DNA from: Halocafeteria seosinensis
Lineage: Eukaryota
Reading direction: 5' to 3'
DNA: 64,000 bases
Assembly: GCA_001687465.1 (NCBI GenBank)
Contig: LVLI01000101.1
Location: 124,001-188,000, forward strand
Made by a program: the position numbers and the translations under genes. Positions 13,405-26,054 of this stretch are shown in pieces. Under the pieces are notes generated by a model, which was not told where the DNA came from, made no database searches, and saw only the letters and a program-made list of their open reading frames with translations. How positions within the stretch are numbered: the stretch's first letter is position 1; every line of letters starts with the position of its first letter.

Positions 13405-13747
13405 ACGAACCGCCGATACTACATCATTACGGGAATATTTTCCAATGTACTCTCTGTGCTTAGTGTTCAGTATAGCCTTCACACGTCGTGGATGACAACA
13501 TGACGACTGTGTTGAACTTGAACTTCTTGAAGTCATCCAGCTCCAGGTTTCTCCCGAACGCGCATTTGCTGTCGATAGAGTGCACGGTAATTGATTGATG
13601 ATAATATCACTTGTTTGAGAAATTTTGGGAAAACTTATGCATTATTGATCGCCTTCCATTGCTTTTTCGGTGTACACGACTACATCTTGACGAAAAAACT
13701 TTTTCGTTGGACTTCCGTCACTTCATTGACTATTTCCCAGCGCCAAG

Positions 13748-14894
13748 ATGTCGGACGAGGACCATAATGCTCACGCTACGGGGGATGAGCCTCCCCAGAG
13801 TCCTACCAGTGGACAAGAAGATAACATCCCGCCAATGCCACCATCAAGAGAGGCGCAGACACCAGCGCAGCAGCGAAACAACGCCAAGTCGTCTGCCGGG
13901 AGAGGTACGTTCTATTGATTGCTCACAAAGCTTCCATCTTGTGCAAATCGATATATAGATCCCAAAGTCATGCCTGTGCTCCGAGCATGAAAATTCGAAG
14001 AGAGAAAACGATAACATGGGCAACTTGAACATGAATGGAAGGAACACACACCCTTCCTGGGGCCCCTTTAATAGTCTTTTTGTCGTTTTTATGATGAGAT
14101 ATGCGTCTGGAGTTGCATAATGGAAGTGTAATTTTTTTCCCACAGGTGGCTCGCATGAAGATATTTTAAAGTCCTCCCAAATGTACCATGTACTCTCATG
14201 GAAGGATCCTCAACTCTCGGGCATCGTACTCTTTCTCTGCATCTCATTCTACTTCTTCTACTCGGTGATGGCTTGGACAGTACCGAAATTGGCAGCCGTC
14301 TTCCTCACCCTTATATTGACGGGAAATGGACTACTCAAAATACTGAATCGTATTCGGCAGGATCCTACAGTTGAACTTGTGACGATTCCAACCTCCAGGG
14401 ACACAGCTCAGGGGCTCGGAAAACGTGTGATTGAGTTGGCTGTTGGCCAAGCTGAACGCTTCAATTCTATACTGAACTGGTCTGATATGAGGAAAAGTTC
14501 CCGATTTTTATCTCTGTCCTTTTTGGCCGCCGAGTGCAGCTTTCTTATGGAACCCACTCCTGTATTCTGCTTAGTGGTTCTTGCCTTCGCTGCTGCACCA
14601 GCGTACCGTTTCTATGGGAACGAAGCCGTCAACGTATATGACCAAAATGTAGAGCCGGTGCTGCAACAAGCTTTCAAGGAAATCAATGACAAAAGAGAAT
14701 TCGCAGTAAGAGAAGTTAGCCGACGAAGTCGCAACGTCCTTATAGCAAGTGCCAGCGGACTTGGCGTCGTGGTGTTCTTGCTTTGGCAGTATCTTATTCC
14801 TCTCAGAGTAATTTTGACGATGACGGCTATCGGTTATTTGGTTATCGATTTGGTTAGTTCCTGTACGGTACCATCAGCAAAAAAACAGCAGTGA
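13748..14894 (+). CDS. Reticulon-domain protein
   Basis: Disordered exon 1 spliced (gtacgt..cacag) to VLSWKDPQLSGIVLF plus two long hydrophobic hairpins (second W in ILNWSD; AFAAAPAY) and extra C-terminal hydrophobic segments. Confidence 0.8.
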
Positions 14895-15124
14895 GAGTCG
14901 GGTACCTCCAGAAACCACTTGACAAACTAAACTTGATGTGTTCAACCGTCGTCATGATCAATTGGGAAAATAAACGCTATGTTGAAACCATAAAGCTACA
15001 ATAGCTGTGTAATTGTACATTTCAGCATGTGCCCATCGTATTTTGAAAAGGAATAACAATCGAACCAGTAGCAACGAGAGAAGGTTACCTAAAGCCGTCA
15101 AGTATATGGTGTAATTATTCCAAC

Positions 15125-16620
15125 CTACCACAGGGAGCTATTTTCCGAACTATCAAAGCACTTGGGAGTGTATGTTGGTTGATGGTCTTCAGTTTCGTAC
15201 GTCGGTATGTCAGTAGAGCTCCGGGAATCAAATAACGGGGCTGCATATCCCGTCTCCGTTACGTGTACATCGTACGTTCCTCCTTGAGCAGTAGTCCTAC
15301 GAAATTCCTCATTTCCAATTTCCGAAGTGAAGCCTGAGGAGCCCCATGTGTTGTCTTCACCCATACTAAGGTGTGCAAACAATTGCCCGGGGTTTCTATC
15401 ACCTATATGGCTAGGAGTTTCGCAAATATCATGGCTTCGGTATTCGGAACTTTCACCTAAACGGCCAGCACGGCCGCTGTGGGCTGTCTCATGGAAGCTC
15501 TCTTCCTCGTCAGCATGCCGTGGGTTTGTACACTCTTCCCTTGGAGCCTCATGCTTCATCAAATTGTTATGTGTGGGCTGGTAGAGATGGCGGAAAATAT
15601 GGTCGTCACTTTCTCCCCGGATCCCAAAATCCGTTCCTTCGCCACTGTTTCCCTGCTTGCTCATCTGTGCGACAACACCACCTCCATCGGCCGAGTCTGA
15701 TTCTTCGCGGGTAATTCTCCTGCTCTTCGTTCTACCAGCAAAATTCTCAGACGAGTTTAATTGAAACAATGCTTGGGGTGAGGAGGAGTCCACAAAATGT
15801 CTGCATATGGGTCCTCCGGCCTCTTGTAACGAGGTCTCCCTGTCAATACTCTGGGATATAACCTTCCACATGTCTTGCCGATAAGCATCTGGTGCAACCC
15901 CCTTTCCTTTAAACGTTTTTTTCTGTTTCCTTTTACCCCGTTGAGAGGGCTTTGGCTGCTTTGCTTTCACGGTGAACATGCGGGTTATGAGAACGTCAGA
16001 GACATGGTCAAGCCTGACCACGAAGGCGACACGGAAAGGTCGATCCGCATGCAGGGAACTGCTGCGCAATGAAACTCTCTGCAGTAAAACCTGTATCTCC
16101 ATGTCATGCAGACGCATTTCAGTTTTAGGCGTTTCTAAGGGGGTCGTCGTTGGAATACCATCTTGTTCTATATACTCCCTCGGTATCTCACCGTCAAAAT
16201 AAATTAGTTCAACACCGCTGCAAGTGGAGTTGTAGTACACCATCAAACTCCGTACACCTATCCTTTCGAATTTTCTTCAAAGTCTTCAGGTGGATAGACT
16301 TACACAAAGAGTTTACATGCTTCCGAAACGGCTTCCTCATTACCTTCTTCGCTTAATCTCTGTGTCTCCTTGGTGATCCTTGTTCCCAGCTCGTCGTTCA
16401 ATAGCCTCAGTGTGAAGCAGACTGGCACACTAGAGTCGAAGCTGTGCGAGATGGATGTCAACTTTCGACAGCAATCTCATTACCAGAATAGGTACAATTT
16501 ATAATCTACTCACCTTCCATTGGGGGCTAAAGGGCTCTTGTATATGGTATCGTCCGAATCTAAAACCGGCGCTTCTCCTACCAATCGCGCGAGTTTAGGC
16601 TCCGTGGTCTCTCTGGCCAT
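15125..16620 (-). CDS. Uncharacterised protein, paralog A; putative beta-sandwich DNA-binding domain plus NLS
   Basis: Spliced from ATG 16620; domain YFDGEIPR...SSSLHADRPFRVAFVV...TRMFTVKAK shared with paralog B, followed by KRKQKK and a disordered tail. Confidence 0.7.
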
Positions 16621-17336
16621 TTTATATTGTACAACATGCAATTCACTGTGTTATCTAGCAGTGCTGCATACGTAAATCGTCGTCCGAAGGCAGATAGAAG
16701 TACGCGAGAGTGTCGTAGCTGAAGTCGGACCCCGGTCAGTCTGCATTGAAGGTCACACAAGATTAGTCACGAGGCCATATCGTCAATGAATAAGACGCTG
16801 AATGCATATCGATATTCCCAACGTATGGAAAGAAAACACTTTGCGTAGCTGGCAAGTAGGCGCTAAATAACCGGAGCTTCGGTAATACTGTATAAAGCCG
16901 TGAACGCTCCATTGCTCTTTACTCATCTATGTTAACTTACACACCGCGCTTTCTGTTCCGTATACGTACAAAATTGCTGTACAGTGTTTCCATGTTGACA
17001 AGCACTACATCAAGATATGCATTGCCAGACGGGGCCTATGTGGAGATCTGACGACATTTCTTGGGCACGGAGCTTCACAAGAACGAAATTTTGGTGGGAG
17101 CTACTGGGAGGATGGACGGACACACGCTAATTGTGCAAATAGATTGCATTCAAAGCTGGCACTCTGAACAACTTAGCAGCTCGCTTCCGCGATATTGAAG
17201 CTTGCACTGAGTGTGGTATACACTACTTCCATCCAGAAATTGATGCGGAAGCACGGGGAGAGCGGAGCCAGAAACCCATTCATGTGTGTGTGTACATACG
17301 GGAGCATAATTAACGTACTAACAATATTCGTGGTTG

Positions 17337-18795
17337 TCATAATTTTCGGGTTTGAGGAGGTAATTCCGTATTCTCACTGCTGGAGAGAGATCGAGGGAAC
17401 CCATAAGAATCAGAGTAGCTCCGGGAGAAGCCCAGATACTGAGACTGGCTGGATGACCCTATACCTAGTGGAATGGGTGGAGGCTGATGCTCGACCGATG
17501 GGGGATGCCTGCCGCCGAAAGACTGCTGAATGAAGTTATCAGGGCCTGAACTGTCATCCGTGTACGTCCACGGTACGGTTTGACTTCTCGGAAAGCTACC
17601 ACTAGATGTACTACTGAAACCAGAGAACTGTGAGCCAGATGGTTCCCTCTGTTCCCTTCGATCAAACATGTGCGTTTCATAGGCTTCGGCGCTTTCTAGT
17701 GGCATTGCCCGGGGTTGTTTAAAAGATCGACGAGCAGCGTCAACTAAATCACTTAGCCTGTCATTCTTGCTGCTTTCTCGACGCCCAAGAAGAGAGGAGG
17801 CAGATGACAGACTGTAGTCCCTCTCTATTGGGGCAGCGGAATGTGCGCTGGTTAACTCGTCTCGCTGACTGTAGTGAACACCCCTTTCTGATGGCACATT
17901 GTCCTTGGGTTTCGGTTTTCGTTCAGACTCTGAAGAAATGCCTCGGGAGAGCGAAAACGAGGCCTGATCAATACCGGCAGACAAAATGCTGCGACAAATT
18001 CTAGTTCTGATTTCACTTGTATTTGCATTGGTATACGCCTGTCGTATAGATTCCCAAATGCTTCTTCTCCTTGTATCAGGTACAACGAGTTTGTCACTTT
18101 GAGCAGTCCTATGCGTCTTCACACCGCCAGCAGTTGGCTTTGGCTTTTTCTCTTGCACGCGAAACATTTTCGTCATTAGAGTTGTATGCTCTCCATTCAA
18201 GTTGATGATAAAAGCGACCCGGAAAGGCCGATTACCGTGAGACGAACTTATCATTAAAGATGTCCGTTTCACATTTACCTGCAGCTTATCTTCGGATTTG
18301 AACATCATTTCTGTTTCTGCAGGAGGGAAAGGGCTGGTACTGGGGACATCTCCCTCCACATACCGCCTCGGTACCTCCCCATCGAAGTAGACGATTTCCA
18401 CCCATCTGTTTCATCAACCGCCAGAAACACGTCAAGAGTCCTTGCCTAGTTGACTGCCACACGTGCACAAGTTAAACACGTACATATATTCCTTACAAGC
18501 CTCGGAAATAAGCCTCCACTCAGCCAACTCCCATCCTCGCTGCCTTAATTCCTCTTTCTTCTGATGTATGCTCGCTACCAGTTGCGGGTGCAAATTTTTG
18601 AGTCCAAACACAATTGGAGATGTCGAATCTAGTCTGTGATCCAAGAGAAACCAGTAGCGGTTTTAGCCGTGATAACGCGAACATTTTCGGAGCATATATC
18701 ACTCACCTTCCCTCCGAGTCCCTCGTGCTGCGATATATAATGTCGGGCGGATCCCCGTCCATGTCCGCCAAAGCCTGGTTGATTTTTGACGACAT
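17337..18795 (-). CDS. Uncharacterised protein, paralog B; putative beta-sandwich DNA-binding domain
   Basis: Same first-intron position (gaag|gtgagt) and domain YFDGEVPR...SSSHGNRPFRVAFII...TKMFRVQEK as 15125-16620. Confidence 0.7.
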
Positions 18796-19640
18796 TATCA
18801 CTCGGCAATCACCACGCTCCAGGCAGGAAAAGAAGCTCCGTAAGTGTTGATTCTACCGCGAATATCGACGATGAGGCTATTAAAGCTGCTCGACAGTGTC
18901 TATGGCCCGAAACGTGCGCAGTGGGCGAGAAGCCCCTCCCCCTAAAAAAAGAAGAAAATCTTCTGCAGTTCCAAATACAGCAATCCGACTACAGTATATC
19001 ATCACCAATTATGAATGAGACAATTATATTCTACGCCTTTCCGTATTAGCCAGAGTAGCAACTCTTTCAAGAGGGAGCAGAAGGACGAGTCAACCTTCTA
19101 GCGAACGTGTATCGTCCCTAGGAGTCCTAGGACGTGCTTTCTTACACGTTTCCACGTGGATACCAATTGGTAGCCAAGCGTTTAAACGCTTCGAATAGTT
19201 CCTGGGAGCCAAGAGAAAGGAAAGACAGCCACGTACTTGTATACAGCCAGAATCGACACAGCCCCCAAGACTTTTCGGGGCAGGGGAGTAGGTCTTACAC
19301 AGCCTTGAACAACCCAGGAGTATTGTGCGTTTTTGAGCTATACACAATGCGACACCGTATATTAACAACCTTCAATTATTGCGGCCGTCTCTGCTGTCCA
19401 GGAAGCCCCAGCTCCCAGGGAGTTGTCCACGGGATCCCACGATGAGTCGAGGAAAAGGATCGACTTAACCGACTCTGCCGGTTGTCCGGAGGGGGCCAGG
19501 CCCGGGGGGCTCTGTGAGACAAACTCTGACTCCTTCCTCGCGCTTTGTCTATGCCACAGTATGAGAGAAGTATATTAAAGTTGATATATCATAGACAGAG
19601 CGTGTAGTGATTAGGTGAAGTAGTTTGGGGGGAAACAGTC

Positions 19641-20488
19641 ATGGCTAGCTCCTCATCTCGGAAGCGACCTCGAGACTCCAGCAACCAAGCCCCTGAAGAT
19701 GCAAGTCAGAGCAGCTCGAGGAAGGCCTCGTCCACGGGAGATGATGGCAGGTAAGGGAATACACCACAATGGAGGTCATGAGACTGTGTTTGTCATGGTA
19801 TCAACTAAGATTAGCTTACGCAGCACCGCCCACCAGAGCACTGTGGCTTCGGGGTCTGAAGAGGCTGCATATATTGACAGCTCCTCCGTGGTAAAACCAC
19901 TCAAGTCAGAGCTGTCAGACCCTAATAAGCAGCTATGGCTGTTACAGTTTCCCTCGGAAGTAAGATTGGAGAGTTTATGCAACTCCCCTCGCTCATCTGC
20001 TTCATGGTATTTTGTGACTGCAGTTTGATATCAAAGGAATCGACGGAGAAACACTACCGCTGAGCTTCGAAAGTAGTTCCAATAAGTGGGTAGAAAATCC
20101 AAGAAACAAGTCTTTATACTCCATTGAACCAGCAGAACAACATTCAGCTCGGAACCTGCTACCTCTAGTCTGGAATGATGACTCCAGCAAGCTCATGTTT
20201 GGGCCTGCTTTCAACAGAGTTTTGACTATTTCAAGAGATTTGAGTCGTGACACAGAAGGAACAGCATCGGCATGGGAAGATACATGGCATATTGAAAAGC
20301 ATGAACCCTCTGTAAATGGTTTACATTTGGGTCGTTCACCTTTCGTACAGCAGTTCGGCGAGCTTCCGGGTAAGTGGACGCAAATTGGAGCAAATGGCTG
20401 TGATGTCATCCCTGAGACGTCTAATGGTGAAAAGAGCAAGAAAGAGAAAAGGCACAAAAAGAAAAAGTCCAAGAAGGAAAAGAAATGA
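19641..20488 (+). CDS. RNA polymerase I subunit A34.5/PAF49-like protein
   Basis: Three exons; KQLWLLQFPSE|FDI motif, LLPL...FGPAFNRVLTIS and a Lys-rich C-terminus, typical of the RPA34 family. Confidence 0.6.
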
Positions 20489-22319
20489 GCATAATTTGGC
20501 AAGCAGCATGCTATCAACTTGACGTGCTGGTCCAGTGGAAACCGAGTCTACTGAAGCTAATTGTTCGAAGTGTGAGGTCTGCCGAGGAGATCACAATGAT
20601 GCTTACTGATGAGAAGCAGCGCTATGCTTTTTACATTTCAACCGGACTTATGCAACTTGGGACACAACTAGCGGCTGCTGAACTTCCTACCTGCTGAATT
20701 CAAGACATCGTCGATGTTGCAAGTATAGGTCCGCTACGTTCAACAGTACTCGCTAAATTTGGCGCGCCGTCTCGCATTTTTCGTTTGGCCCTTTGAGCCC
20801 CAGATGCAGTGGCTCCGAATTAGAGCTATGTCGTGTGTTTCTAATTTCGTAACCTGGTTCTCGTGATCTCTCCCTTGTGCTGCTTTGTTTCGCCCACTAG
20901 GAGACAAAGCTTCGACATGTAAAATATCTCAAAACACAATGCCACTCGAGTACTTTGTATATTCCTTTACTTCAGCTTGTTGCGCAACTTGCGGCTAGAG
21001 TCTGAAGAAACCTGTAGAACCCGCTCACAGTGTATGGTTGCCGCATGGCCAATACCTGGATATTTGGCTTTGGTGAACCACGTCTAATAAAGCGGCCGTA
21101 AATGTTGAGTTTGTACCACTTCATAGCAACGATGCACTTCTCTGGCTTCGGGAAGTTCGGGGAAACAACACTGGGGAAAGGCTGTCGATGACAGATGTTA
21201 GACCGACTGCAGCCGGAGCCAACCGATTTCGTATATCCTCTCTATCAGAGGCTGCTGGGACCATCGAGGACTGCTTCTTTCAGTGCTTGAGAAGGCTAGC
21301 GATTGATGCATCATCTCCGCCTCAAAGCTCCACGCCCGTTACGCTGTGTTCGAAGAAAGTACCGTCGAGTTCGTAGACAACCACCAGCCGGACAACGTAA
21401 TGTCATCCATCAGCCATGTAATCTCTTACTGCATACCGTCGAACATGGCCCACTCTGCACCTATGGGTCCACAATTTGTTGTCCTACCGGGTATCCACTG
21501 CTTCAAAGTCTACTGTATAAAATCCATTCTTCGGTAATTGGCCAGCGGTTACGGCACAGGCTCCGCGTTCCTCAGTCGCTCTGTGAGAGCGAAAAGAAAA
21601 TACCCCTAATCCTCTCGATTCATCTGCCATCTTCGACGAGGATATACACCGCTACAAATGGAGCCAGTGGACTGAGTGGAGCTGGACTTGGCATTGAATG
21701 AGTCTTCCGTTGAGTCAACGTCAGGGAGGCGCAAAGTATGCACGGTGTGGCCCTCCACGGAGATGTTCCGAGTCGATCCCGTTCCGGATCTGAATCTGCC
21801 TAGTTATTTAAGAGAGCGAATCCTAGCACGTTACACCGCAGAAGTCGGTTCTCACTACGTTCGGAGCTGTTAAAAGATCCGGTGCGAAGTTGCTCGTCAG
21901 TCCGAGAGAGCAGAGGCGTGTCCTAGGACATAGAGGAGTCCTGACCAAACGGCGAGCGACGCATGCGACCCCTTCCTCTCTCGGCCAAACTTACGGGTTA
22001 TTTGAGTTCGACAGCCACCAGAACTATTTGGGTCGGCTATAGTGGGAACATGCACTTCTTGCAGATAAGCTCGCTTTGCAAAGATAGCGTAATTGAAGAC
22101 TGACGTGTTACGGCAACCGTATTGTTTGCCCGGGCAAACCTCGCGTGTTTCAGCCGCTCCAGAGAACACTTCAACACGTCGCATTTTATGCTCAACATAG
22201 TGCAACGTCTGGCCTGAATTCCACTCGTATTTATCGGCTTTTTGGACGATGTGTTCATGGGCCGAAACTGAGGGAAGAGTTTGAGAATTTGAGCTCCTGA
22301 GTGGTATTTTGAGGCGGAA

Positions 22320-24293
22320 ATGGGATGCCACGGGAGTAAACCTACTGCCGTGTTCCCTGTGGACTCCAACAAGGATCGCGATACGGTGGATGTCCAGCCT
22401 CACATTCAAGATAAGAACGCATGCGAAAATCTAGTAGAGTTCCCGTTTTCCAGAGGAGCGCGAGCGTCGAAACCAGAGGAGTATGATGCGGAAATCGTGG
22501 GGGAAGAACCACGAAAAGAGCTTAGCGAGGGAGCGGACGATAACCCCTCCATCTGGGGTTCGATCGACCCCGTCTACAATGCTAATGAACCTTTTGTTCA
22601 TGTTTTCCAGTTGAAACGGAATCATTCAATGCCGTATTTGAAAGGACGAACTCAAAATGATCCCAGTGCCGCAGAAACGAAGCTGAAAGTGGATCCGCGG
22701 GAAACCGCACATACCCACAGCTTTGGTAATGCCCATTCTGAATCCCCTAAAGACGGGAGTGACAGATCACTCAGGGGAGAACACAAGAATCGCCAAGTGT
22801 CTGGAAGCCTGATTGAGTTAGATGTTAGTCCGAATGTGTATGATAGTATAGTAAATGGCTGTGTTTTTTGCAAGACTGAAGAAGCCAGAAAACGAGGATA
22901 CAAGTTGATGCGACACCACTCCCTGGCCGAGGTCAACCCTCGCCAGTATACAAGTTCTGGTTGTGACCTGGATAAATTGCCTACTTGTGTTTGTACCGAG
23001 TGTCGCCAAGAAATCGTGGCCAGATGTCGAAAGAGTCGTCGTCAACCGGAACGCCAGAATCCGACCAGTAAGGGGAAACATGCGCGCTCAAGAGTGAGTC
23101 CATGGAGGCATGCTGCGCAAAAAGGCCATTCCCCTCCTCCGAGAAGTCGCAAGATAGAAAAAAGTCAAAACAGGCAAAACCGAGCGGAACAGCGTAGACG
23201 GAGACATATGGATCCTGAGCGGGCCATGCGGCTACGACATGAAGCCGCCGGTTTTTTCCTTAAAAAAGGTATGAAGGTTGAGGACTATTATGAATTCAGC
23301 GAGACTATTGGTAAAGGCCGATTTGGCACTATATTCAAAGGAGTTAATAAAGTCACGGGGCAAGAGGTGGCACTTAAGCGAATCGACCTGACTGCTACCC
23401 AGACAGAGTACGTGCTTGCGGAACTGCAGTGCCTCGTTTCACGTCACGCAAGTTTCGTCCGATTAATTGAGTTATACGAAGAAGGAAATTATTTATGGAT
23501 GGTAATGGAGCTTATGCGGACCGAGTTACTGAGTGAACTAATGGACAAAGGCCCATTCAGTGAGCCTAGAGCGCGCAATCTAATGATTGTCGTCACTCGA
23601 GGCCTGAGGTTTCTCCATCAAAACCTCTACGTTCATCGTGACCTTAAGCCGGAAAATATTTTGATTGGTTTCAATAATGAGTTCAAACTAGCAGACTTCG
23701 GGTTGGCACGACAACTCAAGGCTTATCAAGACGGATCTGTGGAAAGCCTTTCTGGCACCTGCGGGACGTGGGCGTACAATGCGCCAGAAATGCGTGGAAG
23801 GGGGGAGACGTATGGTAGAAGTGCGGATATATGGGCTCTTGGAGTGATTCTGTTTATAGTGCTTTCAGGATATCATGCTTTCGATCCAGAAGGCAAAGGC
23901 CAGAAGGAACGAATTATTGATGCCGTTTTACGGAACCAGTGGTCATTCGGTGACAAGTGTTGGCGCCGTGTTTCCAGTGACGCGAAGGATTTGATCGGTT
24001 GGATGCTAGCACGGAATCCTGCGGATAGGCCTTCTCCTTCTGAAGTCTTGTCTCACCCATGGTTTGCCATTTCCGGGTCGAATCTCAATGCTCGCTTCAC
24101 ACGTAGCGAGGCAGATGTGCAAGGAGGTGCAGCCGTACAACGATTTCGGCCATCGCAGACTGGTAGCTATCCTCACAGCAACTGCAGCAGCAGCGCATAC
24201 GCCAGTCCTACGCCTGGCTCCGGAAATGGGCGGGGTAGCCCAACAGGCTTCTCAGAGGCTATCCTCGAAACAGGTCGAGACGTGACCGGCTAG
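22320..24293 (+). CDS. CAMK-group Ser/Thr protein kinase with long N-terminal extension (intronless)
   Basis: IGKGRFG, VALK, HRDLKPEN, LADFGLA, CGTWAYNAPE, DIWALGVILF, VSSDAKDLI; starts MGCHGSKP. Confidence 0.95.
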   Translation: MGCHGSKPTAVFPVDSNKDRDTVDVQPHIQDKNACENLVEFPFSRGARASKPEEYDAEIVGEEPRKELSEGADDNPSIWGSIDPVYNANEPFVHVFQLKRNHSMPYLKGRTQNDPSAAETKLKVDPRETAHTHSFGNAHSESPKDGSDRSLRGEHKNRQVSGSLIELDVSPNVYDSIVNGCVFCKTEEARKRGYKLMRHHSLAEVNPRQYTSSGCDLDKLPTCVCTECRQEIVARCRKSRRQPERQNPTSKGKHARSRVSPWRHAAQKGHSPPPRSRKIEKSQNRQNRAEQRRRRHMDPERAMRLRHEAAGFFLKKGMKVEDYYEFSETIGKGRFGTIFKGVNKVTGQEVALKRIDLTATQTEYVLAELQCLVSRHASFVRLIELYEEGNYLWMVMELMRTELLSELMDKGPFSEPRARNLMIVVTRGLRFLHQNLYVHRDLKPENILIGFNNEFKLADFGLARQLKAYQDGSVESLSGTCGTWAYNAPEMRGRGETYGRSADIWALGVILFIVLSGYHAFDPEGKGQKERIIDAVLRNQWSFGDKCWRRVSSDAKDLIGWMLARNPADRPSPSEVLSHPWFAISGSNLNARFTRSEADVQGGAAVQRFRPSQTGSYPHSNCSSSAYASPTPGSGNGRGSPTGFSEAILETGRDVTG

Positions 24294-24809
24294 ACTAGAA
24301 AAGGTATTGACACTTATCTAAAGCGTTCGTACCTTTTTCCTACTCTCTGCATTTACTGTCACACTGTATAGTATGCCCTCAGGGGAGTGAAAGCGAAACA
24401 CCGTTGCAATGCAATGTTAAAGTGCCGTTTGGTACTGGTAGTGCAAGCAGTTTGGTCCCCGAGCAGTGTGCATAGTCCCTCCTCCATTTTGACGCGTGGC
24501 AGCTAATAAAACACGCGCATCCATGAACACGTAATACGTTCCAAAAATTTGTCACCATCCACAGTGTAAAGACCTGATTACACAGAGTTGTGAATGCCAA
24601 GTTGAAGTATGCGTCGAAGTGACACGAACCCATACGCATCACATGATTCAAATCCCGTCATTTTGATACCAAGTATGTTACGTCATTTGAACCAGTTCCT
24701 TGGGAGTGTATTCGTTGTTGTGTAGAACGGAGAGACGAACACGAGGTCGTAGTGTGTTTGGAATAGCGGGTGGAACTTAACGCTCTTTTTTCGCCTATCG
24801 GATATAAAT

Positions 24810-25382
24810 ATGTCTGAAAAGAAGCGATTCCGTATAGGGATGGCGGTGGTCTCTCACAGGTATGTGCTTATACTATGGTGAATACCATGGGCCTGAATTT
24901 GATATGGATATCCGATGGACCTGCATTTTGGGGCTTGCTTCAAATGCTCTCACTACGTTTGCTCTCCGTCGTTTCCAGTGGTATGCCGTATTCCATGGCT
25001 GAATATACAGTAAATTGCGCTATCGATGCGACACAAGTTGCGCTAACAGAAAGTGTAAGGATTGTGCACATCGTGGTCGGATGTTTATAGTAGCCTTGGG
25101 TAGAATATTTTCACTTTTCGGTCGTGCAGGATATAGCACACACTATGAAGCAAGCATTAGAAGGGGCATATCAAGGGAAGTAAGTATAAGACTCTATAAG
25201 CTTCATGTACATAGCGTGTATATTTCGTCAGGTGTTCGAATGCTACTATAATCTTCGGGCTGTTTGCTTGCAGCTGGCACGTCTTTGTCGGTCGGAAGTT
25301 TAGCACATTCGCAACGCATGAGGAAGGGAAGTTTATCTACTTTTATCTCGGACAACTGGGATTTTGTGTTTTCAAGACATAG
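24810..25382 (+). CDS. Dynein light chain, LC8/type-1 family (4 exons, not resolved in the ORF track)
   Basis: Spliced [94 protein letters not shown] matches the LC8 signature WHxxVGRxF..THE...FIYFYLGQ. Confidence 0.9.
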
Positions 25383-26054
25383 AGAGAGAGGACGAGAGAT
25401 TGTGTGTTTGGTTGAATAATCAACAGCGCCCTCGGTGTTCATCGACAGCGGCGGATGTATTCTCCGTCATAGGCATTACAACTTATGTGGTGATGGTTTA
25501 CTGAGTTCAACAGCTGCGGATCACACTGAACTCACGTGTTCACTATTTCTTCTTGCAACATTATCTCGATTGAGCGACTATATCCTCACAATCGATACAC
25601 TTGTTTCAACTTTATCCTTAAAAATTCCCATTTACCTGGCGCCACTTGGTCACCTATGCATCTGGCCTTTTACTCACTTCCGCCTTCACTAAAGTTGTGT
25701 TAGCACTGGTGTAGCAGCACAACCCCGTTGGCGGTTCATGACAAGTTGACACGTGCGGCAATCACGTTGACACGTTCAGCGACGTACCCACAGTACATAA
25801 CGAAGACTCATTGTGATTGATGTTATTCCTACACTTAAATCCGTGCAATCGTTGTACAGTATCATTAGCAATTTAGTTATGGAGTGGAATTAATAGAGAT
25901 AGAGAGCTACTGTTGTCACCGCGAGATGCAGCGCTGCAAGCCCCTCTATGGGGTCCAAGAAAAAATTTAGCCCCATTTACGCTGAATTTCAGCCACATTG
26001 CTCGAGTGGGTAGCTTTATTCACATTCAGTGTATCTCCCTGTGGGTTTACGGAG

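Noticed and set aside
19380..19540. GC-rich self-complementary stretch (agcccc/ggggct) suggesting RNase P/MRP helix P4
   Set aside because: Conserved-region motifs and spacing are unconvincing; more simply a divergent promoter. An Infernal search would be needed
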